NCBI GenBank assembly: GCA_964057225.1
Contig: CAXKVF010000078.1
Location: 621,180 to 685,179, forward strand
DNA: 64,000 bases
Reading direction: 5' to 3'
Origin: Auanema rhodensis
Lineage: Eukaryota > Animalia > Nematoda
Position 1 is the first letter of the stretch, and each line of letters begins with the position of its first letter. A program made the position numbers and the translations under genes. Below the pieces are notes generated by a model. The model was not told where the DNA came from. It saw only the letters and a program-made list of their open reading frames with translations, and searched no databases. This document shows positions 11,401-25,521 of the stretch, piece by piece.

Positions 11401-14400
11401 TATCAATAAAAATTTGTTTTTAGACTAATATGGACATGGGGAATCTAATTTTGAAAACCGCATCTCTTTATCTTTCACGTGAAGCGAGTTACATACCAAG
11501 TGCACATCACGTGTACATTTAATTAGCATAAATTAAAGTTCACGTAAACTTCAAAGTCATGGTTACCATGAAGCAATATCAATAAAAATTTGTTTTTAGA
11601 CTAATATGGACATGGGGAATCTAATTTTGAAAACCGCATCTCTTTATCTTTCACGTGAAGCGAGTTACATACCAAGTGCACATCACGTGTACATTTAATT
11701 AGCATAAATTAAAGTTCACGTAAATTTCAAAGTCATGGTTACCATGAACCAATATCAATAAAAATTTGTTTTTAGACTAATATGGACATGGGGAATCTAA
11801 TTTTGAAAACCGCATCTCTTTATCTTTCACGTGAAGCGAGTTACATACCAAGTGCACATCACGTGTACATTTAATTAGCATAAATTAAAGTTCACGTAAA
11901 TTTCAAAGTCATGGTTACCACGAACCAATATCAATGAAAATTTGTTTTTAGACTAATATGGACATGGGGAATCTAATTTTGAATACCGCATCTCTTTATC
12001 TTTCACGTGAAGCGAGTTACATACCAAGTGCACATCACGTGTACATTTAATTAGCATAAATTAAAGTTCACGTAAATTTCAAAGTCATGGTTACCATGAA
12101 CCAATATCAATAAAAATTTGTTTTTAGACTAATATGGACATGGGGAATCTAATTTTGAAAACCGCATCTCTTTATCTTTCACGTGAAGCGAGTTACATAC
12201 CAAGTGCACATCACGTGTACATTTAATTAGCATAAATTAAAGTTCACGTAAATTTCAAAGTCATGGTTACCATGAACCAATATCAATAAAAATTTGTTTT
12301 TAGACTAATATGGACATGGGGAATCTAATTTTGAAAACCGCATCTCTTTATCTTTCACGTGAAGCGAGTTACATACCAAGTGCACATCACGTGTACATTT
12401 AATTAGCATAAATTAAAGTTCACGTAAATTTCAAAGTCATGGTTACCATGAACCAATATCAATAAAAATTTGTTTTTAGACTAATATGGACATGGGGAAT
12501 CTAATTTTGAAAACCGCATCTCTTTATCTTTCACGTGAAGCGAGTTACATACCAAGTGCACATCACGTGTACATTTAATTAGCATAAATTAAAGTTCACG
12601 TAAACTTCAAAGTCATGGTTACCATGAAGCAATATCAATAAAAATTTGTTTTTAGACTAATATGGACATGGGGAATCTAATTTTGAAAACCGCATCTCTT
12701 TATCTTTCACGTGAAGCGAGTTACATACCAAGTGCACATCACGTGTACATTTAATTAGCATAAATTAAAGTTCACGTAAATTTCAAAGTCATGGTTACCA
12801 TGAACCAATATCAATAAAAATTTGTTTTTAGACTAATATGGACATGGGGAATCTAATTTTGAAAACCGCATCTCTTTATCTTTCACGTGAAGCGAGTTAC
12901 ATACCAAGTGCACATCACGTGTACATTTAATTAGCATAAATTAAAGTTCACGTAAATTTCAAAGTCATGGTTACCACGAACCAATATCAATGAAAATTTG
13001 TTTTTAGACTAATATGGACATGGGGAATCTAATTTTGAAAACCGCATCTCTTTATCTTTCACGTGAAGCGAGTTACATACCAAGTGCACATCACGTGTAC
13101 ATTTAATTAGCATAAATTAAAGTTCACGTAAATTTCAAAGTCATGGTTACCATGAACCAATATCAATAAAAATTTGTTTTTAGACTAATATGGACATGGG
13201 GAATCTAATTTTGAAAACCGCATCTCTTTATCTTTCACGTGAAGCGAGTTACATACCAAGTGCACATCACGTGTACATTTAATTAGCATAAATTAAAGTT
13301 CACGTAAATTTCAAAGTCATGGTTACCATGCACCAATATCAATAAAAATTTGTTTTTAGACTAATATGGACATGGGGAATCTAATTTTGAAAACCGCATC
13401 TCTTTATCTTTCACGTGAAGCGAGTTACATACCAAGTGCACATCACGTGTACATTTAATTAGCATAAATTAAAGTTCACGTAAATTTCAAAGTCATGGTT
13501 ACCATGAACCAATATCAATAAAAATTTGTTTTTAGACTAATATGGACATGGGGAATCTAATTTTGAAAACCGCATCTCTTTATCTTTCACGTGAAGCGAG
13601 TTACATACCAAGTGCACATCACGTGTACATTTAATTAGCATAAATTAAAGTTCACGTAAATTTCAAAGTCATGGTTACCACGAACCAATATCAATAAAAA
13701 TTTGTTTTTAGACTAATATGGACATGGGGAATCTAATTTTGAAAACCGCATCTCTTTATCTTTCACGTGAAGCGAGTTACATACCAAGTGCACATCACGT
13801 GTACATTTAATTAGCATAAATTAAAGTTCACGTAAATTTCAAAGTCATGGTTACCATGAACCAATATCAATAAAAATTTGTTTTTAGACTAATATGGACA
13901 TGGGGAATCTAATTTTGAAAACCGCATCTCTTTATCTTTCACGTGAAGCGAGTTACATACCAAGTGCACATCACGTGTACATTTAATTAGCATAAATTAA
14001 AGTTCACGTAAACTTCAAAGTCATGGTTACCATGAAGCAATATCAATAAAAATTTGTTTTTAGACTAATATGGACATGGGGAATCTAATTTTGAAAACCG
14101 CATCTCTTTATCTTTCACGTGAAGCGAGTTACATACCAAGTGCACATCACGTGTACATTTAATTAGCATAAATTAAAGTTCACGTAAATTTCAAAGTCAT
14201 GGTTACCACGAACCAATATCAATAAAAATTTGTTTTTAGACTAATATGGACATGGGGAATCTAATTTTGAAAACCGCATCTCTTTATCTTTCACGTGAAG
14301 CGAGTTACATACCAAGTGCACATCACGTGTACATTTAATTAGCATAAATTAAAGTTCACGTAAATTTCAAAGTCATGGTTACCATGAAGCAATATCAATA

Positions 14401-17400
14401 AAAATTTGTTTTTAGACTAATATGGACATGGGGAATCTAATTTTGAAAACCGCATCTCTTTATCTTTCACGTGAAGCGAGTTACATACCAAGTGCACATC
14501 ACGTGTACATTTAATTAGCATAAATTAAAGTTCACGTAAACTTCAAAGTCATGGTTACCATGAAGCAATATCAATAAAAAATGGTTTTTAGACTAATATG
14601 GACATGGGGAATCTAATTTTGAAAACCGCATCTCTTTATCTTTCACGTGAAGCGAGTTACATACCAAGTGCACATCACGTGTACATTTAATTAGCATAAA
14701 TTAAAGTTCACGTAAATTTCAAAGTCATGGTTACCATGAACCAATATCAATAAAAATTTGTTTTTAGACTAATATGGACATGGGGAATCTAATTTTGAAA
14801 ACCGCATCTCTTTATCTTTCACGTGAAGCGAGTTACATACCAAGTGCACATCACGTGTACATTTAATTAGCATAAATTAAAGTTCACGTAAATTTCAAAG
14901 TCATGGTTACCATGCACCAATATCAATAAAAATTTGTTTTTAGACTAATATGGACATGGGGAATCTAATTTTGAAAACCGCATCTCTTTATCTTTCACGT
15001 GAAGCGAGTTACATACCAAGTGCACATCACGTGTACATTTAATTAGCATAAATTAAAGTTCACGTAAATTTCAAAGTCATGGTTACCATGAACCAATATC
15101 AATAAAAATTTGTTTTTAGACTAATATGGACATGGGGAATCTAATTTTGAAAACCGCATCTCTTTATCTTTCACGTGAAGCGAGTTACATACCAAGTGCA
15201 CATCACGTGTACATTTAATTAGCATAAATTAAAGTTCACGTAAATTTCAAAGTCATGGTTACCATGAAGCAATATCAATAAAAAATGGTTTTTAGACTAA
15301 TATGGACATGGGGAATCTAATTTTGAAAACCGCATCTCTTTATCTTTCACGTGAAGCGAGTTACATACCAAGTGCACATCACGTGTACATTTAATTAGCA
15401 TAAATTAAAGTTCACGTAAATTTCAAAGTCATGGTTACCATGAACCAATATCAATAAAAATTTGTTTTTAGACTAATATGGACATGGGGAATCTAATTTT
15501 GAAAACCGCATCTCTTTATCTTTCACGTGAAGCGAGTTACATACCAAGTGCACATCACGTGTACATTTAATTAGCATAAATTAAAGTTCACGTAAATTTC
15601 AAAGTCATGGTTACCATGCACCAATATCAATAAAAATTTGTTTTTAGACTAATATGGACATGGGGAATCTAATTTTGAAAACCGCATCTCTTTATCTTTC
15701 ACGTGAAGCGAGTTACATACCAAGTGCACATCACGTGTACATTTAATTAGCATAAATTAAAGTTCACGTAAATTTCAAAGTCATGGTTACCATGAACCAA
15801 TATCAATAAAAATTTGTTTTTAGACTAATATGGACATGGGGAATCTAATTTTGAAAACCGCATCTCTTTATCTTTCACGTGAAGCGAGTTACATACCAAG
15901 TGCACATCACGTGTACATTTAATTAGCATAAATTAAAGTTCACGTAAATTTCAAAGTCATGGTTACCATGCACCAATATCAATAAAAATTTGTTTTTAGA
16001 CTAATATGGACATGGGGAATCTAATTTTGAAAACCGCATCTCTTTATCTTTCACGTGAAGCGAGTTACATACCAAGTGCACATCACGTGTACATTTAATT
16101 AGCATAAATTAAAGTTCACGTAAACTTCAAAGTCATGGTTACCATGAAGCAATATCAATAAAAATTTGTTTTTAGACTAATATGGACATGGGGAATCTAA
16201 TTTTGAAAACCGCATCTCTTTATCTTTCACGTGAAGCGAGTTACATACCAAGTGCACATCACGTGTACATTTAATTAGCATAAATTAAAGTTCACGTAAA
16301 TTTCAAAGTCATGGTTACCATGAACCAATATCAATAAAAATTTGTTTTTAGACTAATATGGACATGGGGAATCTAATTTTGAAAACCGCATCTCTTTATC
16401 TTTCACGTGAAGCGAGTTACATACCAAGTGCACATCACGTGTACATTTAATTAGCATAAATTAAAGTTCACGTAAATTTCAAAGTCATGGTTACCATGAA
16501 CCAATATCAATAAAAATTTGTTTTTAGACTAATATGGAAATGGGGAATCTAATTTTGAAAACCGCATTTCTTTATCTTTCACGTGAAGCGAGTTACATAC
16601 CAAGTGCACATCACGTGTACATTTAATTAGCATAAATTAAAGTTCACGTAAATTTCAAAGTCATGGTTACCATGAACCAATATCAATAAAAATTTGTTTT
16701 TAGACTAATATGGACATGGGGAATCTAATTTTGAAAACCGCATCTCTTTATCTTTCACGTGAAGCGAGTTACATACCAAGTGCACATCACGTGTACATTT
16801 AATTAGCATAAATTAAAGTTCACGTAAAATTCAAAGTCATGGTTACCATGCACCAATATCAATAAAAATTTGTTTTTAGACTAATATGGACATGGGGAAT
16901 CTAATTTTGAAAACCGCATCTCTTTATCTTTCACGTGAAGCGAGTTACATACCAAGTGCACATCACGTGTACATTTAATTAGCATAAATTAAAGTTCACG
17001 TAAATTTCAAAGTCATGGTTACCATGAACCAATATCAATAAAAATTTGTTTTTAGACTAATATGGACATGGGGAATCTAATTTTGAAAACCGCATCTCTT
17101 TATCTTTCACGTGAAGCGAGTTACATACCAAGTGCACATCACGTGTACATTTAATTAGCATAAATTAAAGTTCACGTAAATTTCAAAGTCATGGTTACCA
17201 TGAAGCAATATCAATAAAAATTTGTTTTTAGACTAATATGGACATGGGGAATCTAATTTTGAAAACCGCATCTCTTTATCTTTCACGTGAAGCGAGTTAC
17301 ATACCAAGTGCACATCACGTGTACATTTAATTAGCATAAATTAAAGTTCACGTAAATTTCAAAGTCATGGTTACCATGAACCAATATCAATAAAAATTTG

Positions 17401-19713
17401 TTTTTAGACTAATATGGACATGGGGAATCTAATTTTGAAAACCGCATCTCTTTATCTTTCACGTGAAGCGAGTTACATACCAAGTGCACATCACGTGTAC
17501 ATTTAATTAGCATAAATTAAAGTTCACGTAAAATTCAAAGTCATGGTTACCATGCACCAATATCAATAAAAATTTGTTTTTAGACTAATATGGACATGGG
17601 GAATCTAATTTTGAAAACCGCATCTCTTTATCTTTCACGTGAAGCGAGTTACATACCAAGTGCACATCACGTGTACATTTAATTAGCATAAATTAAAGTT
17701 CACGTAAATTTCAAAGTCATGGTTACCATGCACCAATATCAATAAAAATTTGTTTTTAGACTAATATGGACATGGGGAATCTAATTTTGAAAACCGCATC
17801 TCTTTATCTTTCACGTGAAGCGAGTTACATACCAAGTGCACATCACGTGTACATTTAATTAGCATAAATTAAAGTTCACGTAAATTTCAAAGTCATGGTT
17901 ACCATGAACCAATATCAATAAAAATTTGTTTTTAGACTAATATGGACATGGGGAATCTAATTTTGAAAACCGCATCTCTTTATCTTTCACGTGAAGCGAG
18001 TTACATACCAAGTGCACATCACGTGTACATTTAATTAGCATAAATTAAAGTTCACGTAAATTTCAAAGTCATGGTTACCATGCACCAATATCAATAAAAA
18101 TTTGTTTTTAGACTAATATGGACATGGGGAATCTAATTTTGAAAACCGCATCTCTTTATCTTTCACGTGAAGCGAGTTACATACCAAGTGCACATCACGT
18201 GTACATTTAATTAGCATAAATTAAAGTTCACGTAAATTTCAAAGTCATGGTTACCATGAACCAATATCAATAAAAATTTGTTTTTAGACTAATATGGACA
18301 TGGGGAATCTAATTTTGAAAACCGCATCTCTTTATCTTTCACGTGAAGCGAGTTACATACCAAGTGCACATCACGTGTACATTTAATTAGCATAAATTAA
18401 AGTTCACGTAAATTTCAAAGTCATGGTTACCATGAAGCAATATCAATAAAAATTTGTTTTTAGACTAATATGGACATGGGGAATCTAATTTTGAAAACCG
18501 CATCTCTTTATCTTTCACGTGAAGCGAGTTACATACCAAGTGCACATCACGTGTACATTTAATTAGCATAAATTAAAGTTCACGTAAATTTCAAAGTCAT
18601 GGTTACCATGCACCAATATCAATAAAAATTTGTTTTTAGACTGATATGGACATGGGGAATCTAATTTTGAAAACCGCATCTCTTTATCTTTCACGTGAAG
18701 CGAGTTACATACCAAGTGCACATCACGTGTACATTTAATTAGCATAAATTAAAGTTCACGTAAATTTCAAAGTCATGGTTACCATGAACCAATATCAATA
18801 AAAATTTGTTTTTAAACTAATATGGACATGGGGAATCTAATTTTGAAAACCGCATCTCTTTATCTTTCACGTGAAGCGAGTTACATACCAAGTGCACATC
18901 ACGTGTACATTTAATTAGCATAAATTAAAGTTCACGTAAATTTCAAAGTCATGGTTACCATGAACCAATATCAATAAAAATTTGTTTTTAGACTAATATG
19001 GACATGGGGAATCTAATTTTGAAAACCGCATCTCTTTATCTTTCACGTGAAGCGAGTTACATACCAAGTGCACATCACGTGTACATTTAATTAGCATAAA
19101 TTAAAGTTCACGTAAATTTCAAAGTCATGGTTACCATGAAGCAATATCAATAAAAATTTGTTTTTAGACTAATATGGACATGGGGAATCTAATTTTGAAA
19201 ACCGCATCTCTTTATCTTTCACGTGAAGCGAGTTACATACCAAGTGCACATCACGTGTACATTTAATTAGCATAAATTAAAGTTCACGTAAATTTCAAAG
19301 TCATGGTTACCATGCACCAATATCAATAAAAATTTGTTTTTAGACTGATATGGACATGGGGAATCTAATTTTGAAAACCGCATCTCTTTATCTTTCACGT
19401 GAAGCGAGTTACATACCAAGTGCACATCACGTGTACATTTAATTAGCATAAATTAAAGTTCACGTAAATTTCAAAGTCATGGTTACCATGAACCAATATC
19501 AATAAAAATTTGTTTTTAGACTAATATGGACATGGGGAATCTAATTTTGAAAACCGCATCTCTTTATCTTTCACGTGAAGCGAGTTACATACCAAGTGCA
19601 CATCACGTGTACATTTAATTAGCATAAATTAAAGTTCACGTAAATTTCAAAGTCATGGTTACCATGAACCAATATCAATAAAAATTTGTTTTTAGACTAA
19701 TATGGACATGGGG

Positions 19714-22700
19714 AATCTAATTTTGAAAACCGCATTTCTTTATCTTTCACGTGAAGCGAGTTACATACCAAGTGCACATCACGTGTACATTTAATTAGAA
19801 TAAATTAAAGTTCACGTAAATTTCAAAGTCATGGTTACCATGAACCAATATCAATAAAAATTTGTTTTTAGACTAATATGGACATGGGGAATCTAATTTT
19901 GAAAACCGCATCTCTTTATCTTTCACGTGAAGCGAGTTACATACCAAGTGCACATCACGTGTACATTCAATTACCATAAATTAAAGTTCACGTAAATTTC
20001 AAAGTCATGGTTACCATGCACCAATATCAATAAAAATTTGTTTTTAGACTAATATGGACATGGGGAATCAAATTTTGAAAACCGCATCTCTTTATCTTTC
20101 ACGTGAAGCGAGTTACATACCAAGTGCACATCACGTGTACATTTAATTAGCATAAATTAATGTTCACGTAAATTTCAAAGTCATGGTTACCATGAACCAA
20201 TATCAATAAAAATTTGTTTTTAGACTAATATGGACATGGGGCATCTAATTTTGAAAACCGCATCTCTTTATCTTTCACGTGAAGCGAGTTACATACCAAG
20301 TGCACATCACGTGTACATTTAATTAGCATAAATTAAAGTTCACGTAAATTTCAAAGTCATGGTTACCATGAACCAATATCAATAAAAATTTGTTTTTAGA
20401 CTAATATGGACATGGGGAATCTAATTTTGAAAACCGCATCTCTTTATCTTTCACGTGAAGCGAGTTACATACCAAGTGCACATCACGTGTACATTTAATT
20501 AGCATAAATTAAAGTTCACGTAAATTTCAAAGTCATGGTTACCATGAACCAATATCAATAAAAATTTGTTTTTAGACTAATATGGACATGGGGAATCTAA
20601 TTTTGAAAACCGCATCTCTTTATCTTTCACGTGAAGCGAGTTACATACCAAGTGCACATCACGTGTACATTTAATTAGCATAAATTAAAGTTCACGTAAA
20701 TTTCAAAGTCATGGTTACCATGAACCAATATCAATAAAAATTTGTTTTTAGACTAATATGGACATGGGGAATCTAATTTTGAAAACCGCATCTCTTTATC
20801 TTTCACGTGAAGCGAGTTACATACCAAGTGCACATCACGTGTACATTTAATTAGCATAAATTAAAGTTCACGTAAATTTCAAAGTCATGGTTACCATGAA
20901 CCAATATCAATAAAAATTTGTTTTTAGACTAATATGGACATGGGGAATCTAATTTTGAAAACCGCATCTCTTTATCTTTCACGTGAAGCGAGTTACATAC
21001 CAAGTGCACATCACGTGTACATTTAATTAGCATAAATTAAAGTTCACGTAAATTTCAAAGTCATGGTTACCATGAACCAATATCAATAAAAATTTGTTTT
21101 TAGACTAATATGGACATGGGGAATCTAATTTTGAAAACCGCATTTCTTTATCTTTCACGTGAAGCGAGTTACATACCAAGTGCACATCACGTGTACATTT
21201 AATTAGAATAAATTAAAGTTCACGTAAATTTCAAAGTCATGGTTACCATGAACCAATATCAATAAAAATTTGTTTTTAGACTAATATGGACATGGGGAAT
21301 CTAATTTTGAAAACCGCATCTCTTTATCTTTCACGTGAAGCGAGTTACATACCAAGTGCACATCACGTGTACATTCAATTACCATAAATTAAAGTTCACG
21401 TAAATTTCAAAGTCATGGTTACCATGCACCAATATCAATAAAAATTTGTTTTTAGACTAATATGGACATGGGGAATCAAATTTTGAAAACCGCATCTCTT
21501 TATCTTTCACGTGAAGCGAGTTACATACCAAGTGCACATCACGTGTACATTTAATTAGCATAAATTAATGTTCACGTAAATTTCAAAGTCATGGTTACCA
21601 TGAACCAATATCAATAAAAATTTGTTTTTAGACTAATATGGACATGGGGCATCTAATTTTGAAAACCGCATCTCTTTATCTTTCACGTGAAGCGAGTTAC
21701 ATACCAAGTGCACATCACGTGTACATTTAATTAGCATAAATTAAAGTTCACGTAAATTTCAAAGTCATGGTTACCATGAACCAATATCAATAAAAATTTG
21801 TTTTTAGACTAATATGGACATGGGGAATCTAATTTTGAAAACCGCATCTCTTTATCTTTCACGTGAAGCGAGTTACATACCAAGTGCACATCACGTGTAC
21901 ATTTAATTAGCATAAATTAAAGTTCACGTAAATTTCAAAGTCATGGTTACCATGAACCAATATCAATAAAAATTTGTTTTTAGACTAATATGGACATGGG
22001 GAATCTAATTTTGAAAACCGCATCTCTTTATCTTTCACGTGAAGCGAGTTACATACCAAGTGCACATCACGTGTACATTTAATTAGCATAAATTAAAGTT
22101 CACGTAAATTTCAAAGTCATGGTTACCATGCACCAATATCAATAAAAATTTGTTTTTAGACTAATATGGACATGGGGAATCTAATTTTGAAAACCGCATC
22201 TCTTTATCTTTCACGTGAAGCGAGTTACATACCAAGTGCACATCACGTGTACATTTAATTAGCATAAATTAAAGTTCACGTAAATTTCAAAGTCATGGTT
22301 ACCATGAACCAATATCAATAAAAATTTGTTTTTAGACTAATATGGACATGGGGAATCTAATTTTGAAAACCGCATCTCTTTATCTTTCACGTGAAGCGAG
22401 TTACATACCAAGTGCACATCACGTGTACATTTAATTAGCATAAATTAAAGTTCACGTAAATTTCAAAGTCATGGTTACCATGAACCAATATCAATAAAAA
22501 TTTGTTTTTAGACTAATATGGACATGGGGAATCTAATTTTGAAAACCGCATCTCTTTATCTTTCACGTGAAGCGAGTTACATACCAAGTGCACATCACGT
22601 GTACATTTAATTAGCATAAATTAAAGTTCACGTAAATTTCAAAGTCATGGTTACCATGAAGCAATATCAATAAAAATTTGTTTTTAGACTAATATGGACA

Positions 22701-25521
22701 TGGGGAATCTAATTTTGAAAACCGCATCTCTTTATCTTTCACGTGAAGCGAGTTACATACCAAGTGCACATCACGTGTACATTTAATTAGCATAAATTAA
22801 AGTTCACGTAAACTTCAAAGTCATGGTTACCATGAAGCAATATCAATAAAAATTTGTTTTTAGACTAATATGGACATGGGGAATCTAATTTTGAAAACCG
22901 CATCTCTTTATCTTTCACGTGAAGCGAGTTACATACCAAGTGCACATCACGTGTACATTTAATTAGCATAAATTAAAGTTCACGTAAACTTCAAAGTCAT
23001 GGTTACCATGAAGCAATATCAATAAAAATTTGTTTTTAGACTAATATGGACATGGGGAATCTAATTTTGAAAACCGCATCTCTTTATCTTTCACGTGAAG
23101 CGAGTTACATACCAAGTGCACATCACGTGTACATTTAATTAGCATAAATTAAAGTTCACGTAAATTTCAAAGTCATGGTTACCATGAACCAATATCAATA
23201 AAAATTTGTTTTTAGACTAATATGGACATGGGGAATCTAATTTTGAAAACCGCATCTCTTTATCTTTCACGTGAAGCGAGTTACATACCAAGTGCACATC
23301 ACGTGTACATTTAATTAGCATAAATTAAAGTTCACGTAAACTTCAAAGTCATGGTTACCATGAAGCAATATCAATAAAAATTTGTTTTTAGACTAATATG
23401 GACATGGGGAATCTAATTTTGAAAACCGCATCTCTTTATCTTTCACGTGAAGCGAGTTACATACCAAGTGCACATCACGTGTACATTCAATTACCATAAA
23501 TTAAAGTTCACGTAAATTTCAAAGTCATGGTTACCATGCACCAATATCAATAAAAATTTGTTTTTAGACTAATATGGACATGGGGAATCAAATTTTGAAA
23601 ACCGCATCTCTTTATCTTTCACGTGAAGCGAGTTACATACCAAGTGCACATCACGTGTACATTTAATTAGCATAAATTAATGTTCACGTAAATTTCAAAG
23701 TCATGGTTACCATGAACCAATATCAATAAAAATTTGTTTTTAGACTAATATGGACATGGGGCATCTAATTTTGAAAACCGCATCTCTTTATCTTTCACGT
23801 GAAGCGAGTTACATACCAAGTGCACATCACGTGTACATTTAATTAGCATAAATTAAAGTTCACGTAAATTTCAAAGTCATGGTTACCATGAACCAATATC
23901 AATAAAAATTTGTTTTTAGACTAATATGGACATGGGGAATCTAATTTTGAAAACCGCATCTCTTTATCTTTCACGTGAAGCGAGTTACATACCAAGTGCA
24001 CATCACGTGTACATTTAATTAGCATAAATTAAAGTTCACGTAAATTTCAAAGTCATGGTTACCATGAACCAATATCAATAAAAATTTGTTTTTAGACTAA
24101 TATGGACATGGGGAATCTAATTTTGAAAACCGCATCTCTTTATCTTTCACGTGAAGCGAGTTACATACCAAGTGCACATCACGTGTACATTTAATTAGCA
24201 TAAATTAAAGTTCACGTAAATTTCAAAGTCATGGTTACCATGCACCAATATCAATAAAAATTTGTTTTTAGACTAATATGGACATGGGGAATCTAATTTT
24301 GAAAACCGCATCTCTTTATCTTTCACGTGAAGCGAGTTACATACCAAGTGCACATCACGTGTACATTTAATTAGCATAAATTAAAGTTCACGTAAATTTC
24401 AAAGTCATGGTTACCATGAACCAATATCAATAAAAATTTGTTTTTAGACTAATATGGACATGGGGAATCTAATTTTGAAAACCGCATCTCTTTATCTTTC
24501 ACGTGAAGCGAGTTACATACCAAGTGCACATCACGTGTACATTTAATTAGCATAAATTAAAGTTCACGTAAATTTCAAAGTCATGGTTACCATGAACCAA
24601 TATCAATAAAAATTTGTTTTTAGACTAATATGGACATGGGGAATCTAATTTTGAAAACCGCATCTCTTTATCTTTCACGTGAAGCGAGTTACATACCAAG
24701 TGCACATCACGTGTACATTTAATTAGCATAAATTAAAGTTCACGTAAATTTCAAAGTCATGGTTACCATGAAGCAATATCAATAAAAATTTGTTTTTAGA
24801 CTAATATGGACATGGGGAATCTAATTTTGAAAACCGCATCTCTTTATCTTTCACGTGAAGCGAGTTACATACCAAGTGCACATCACGTGTACATTTAATT
24901 AGCATAAATTAAAGTTCACGTAAACTTCAAAGTCATGGTTACCATGAAGCAATATCAATAAAAATTTGTTTTTAGACTAATATGGACATGGGGAATCTAA
25001 TTTTGAAAACCGCATCTCTTTATCTTTCACGTGAAGCGAGTTACATACCAAGTGCACATCACGTGTACATTTAATTAGCATAAATTAAAGTTCACGTAAA
25101 CTTCAAAGTCATGGTTACCATGAAGCAATATCAATAAAAATTTGTTTTTAGACTAATATGGACATGGGGAATCTAATTTTGAAAACCGCATCTCTTTATC
25201 TTTCACGTGAAGCGAGTTACATACCAAGTGCACATCACGTGTACATTTAATTAGCATAAATTAAAGTTCACGTAAATTTCAAAGTCATGGTTACCATGAA
25301 CCAATATCAATAAAAATTTGTTTTTAGACTAATATGGACATGGGGAATCTAATTTTGAAAACCGCATCTCTTTATCTTTCACGTGAAGCGAGTTACATAC
25401 CAAGTGCACATCACGTGTACATTTAATTAGCATAAATTAAAGTTCACGTAAACTTCAAAGTCATGGTTACCATGAAGCAATATCAATAAAAATTTGTTTT
25501 TAGACTAATATGGACATGGGG
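19714..25521. repeat. 8-mer then 12-mer higher-order duplications
   Basis: The marker cassette (ATTCAATTACC, AATCAAA, AATGTTC, GGGGCATC) occurs at 19968, 21376 (+1408 = 8x176) and 23488 (+2112 = 12x176). Confidence 0.85.

Noticed and set aside
2018-19449. Seven 60-aa ORFs (MLIKCTRDVH...) as protein-coding genes
   Set aside because: They are the satellite monomer read backwards where one SNP removes a stop codon. I recognise no domain or gene context, and the copies simply track block duplications.
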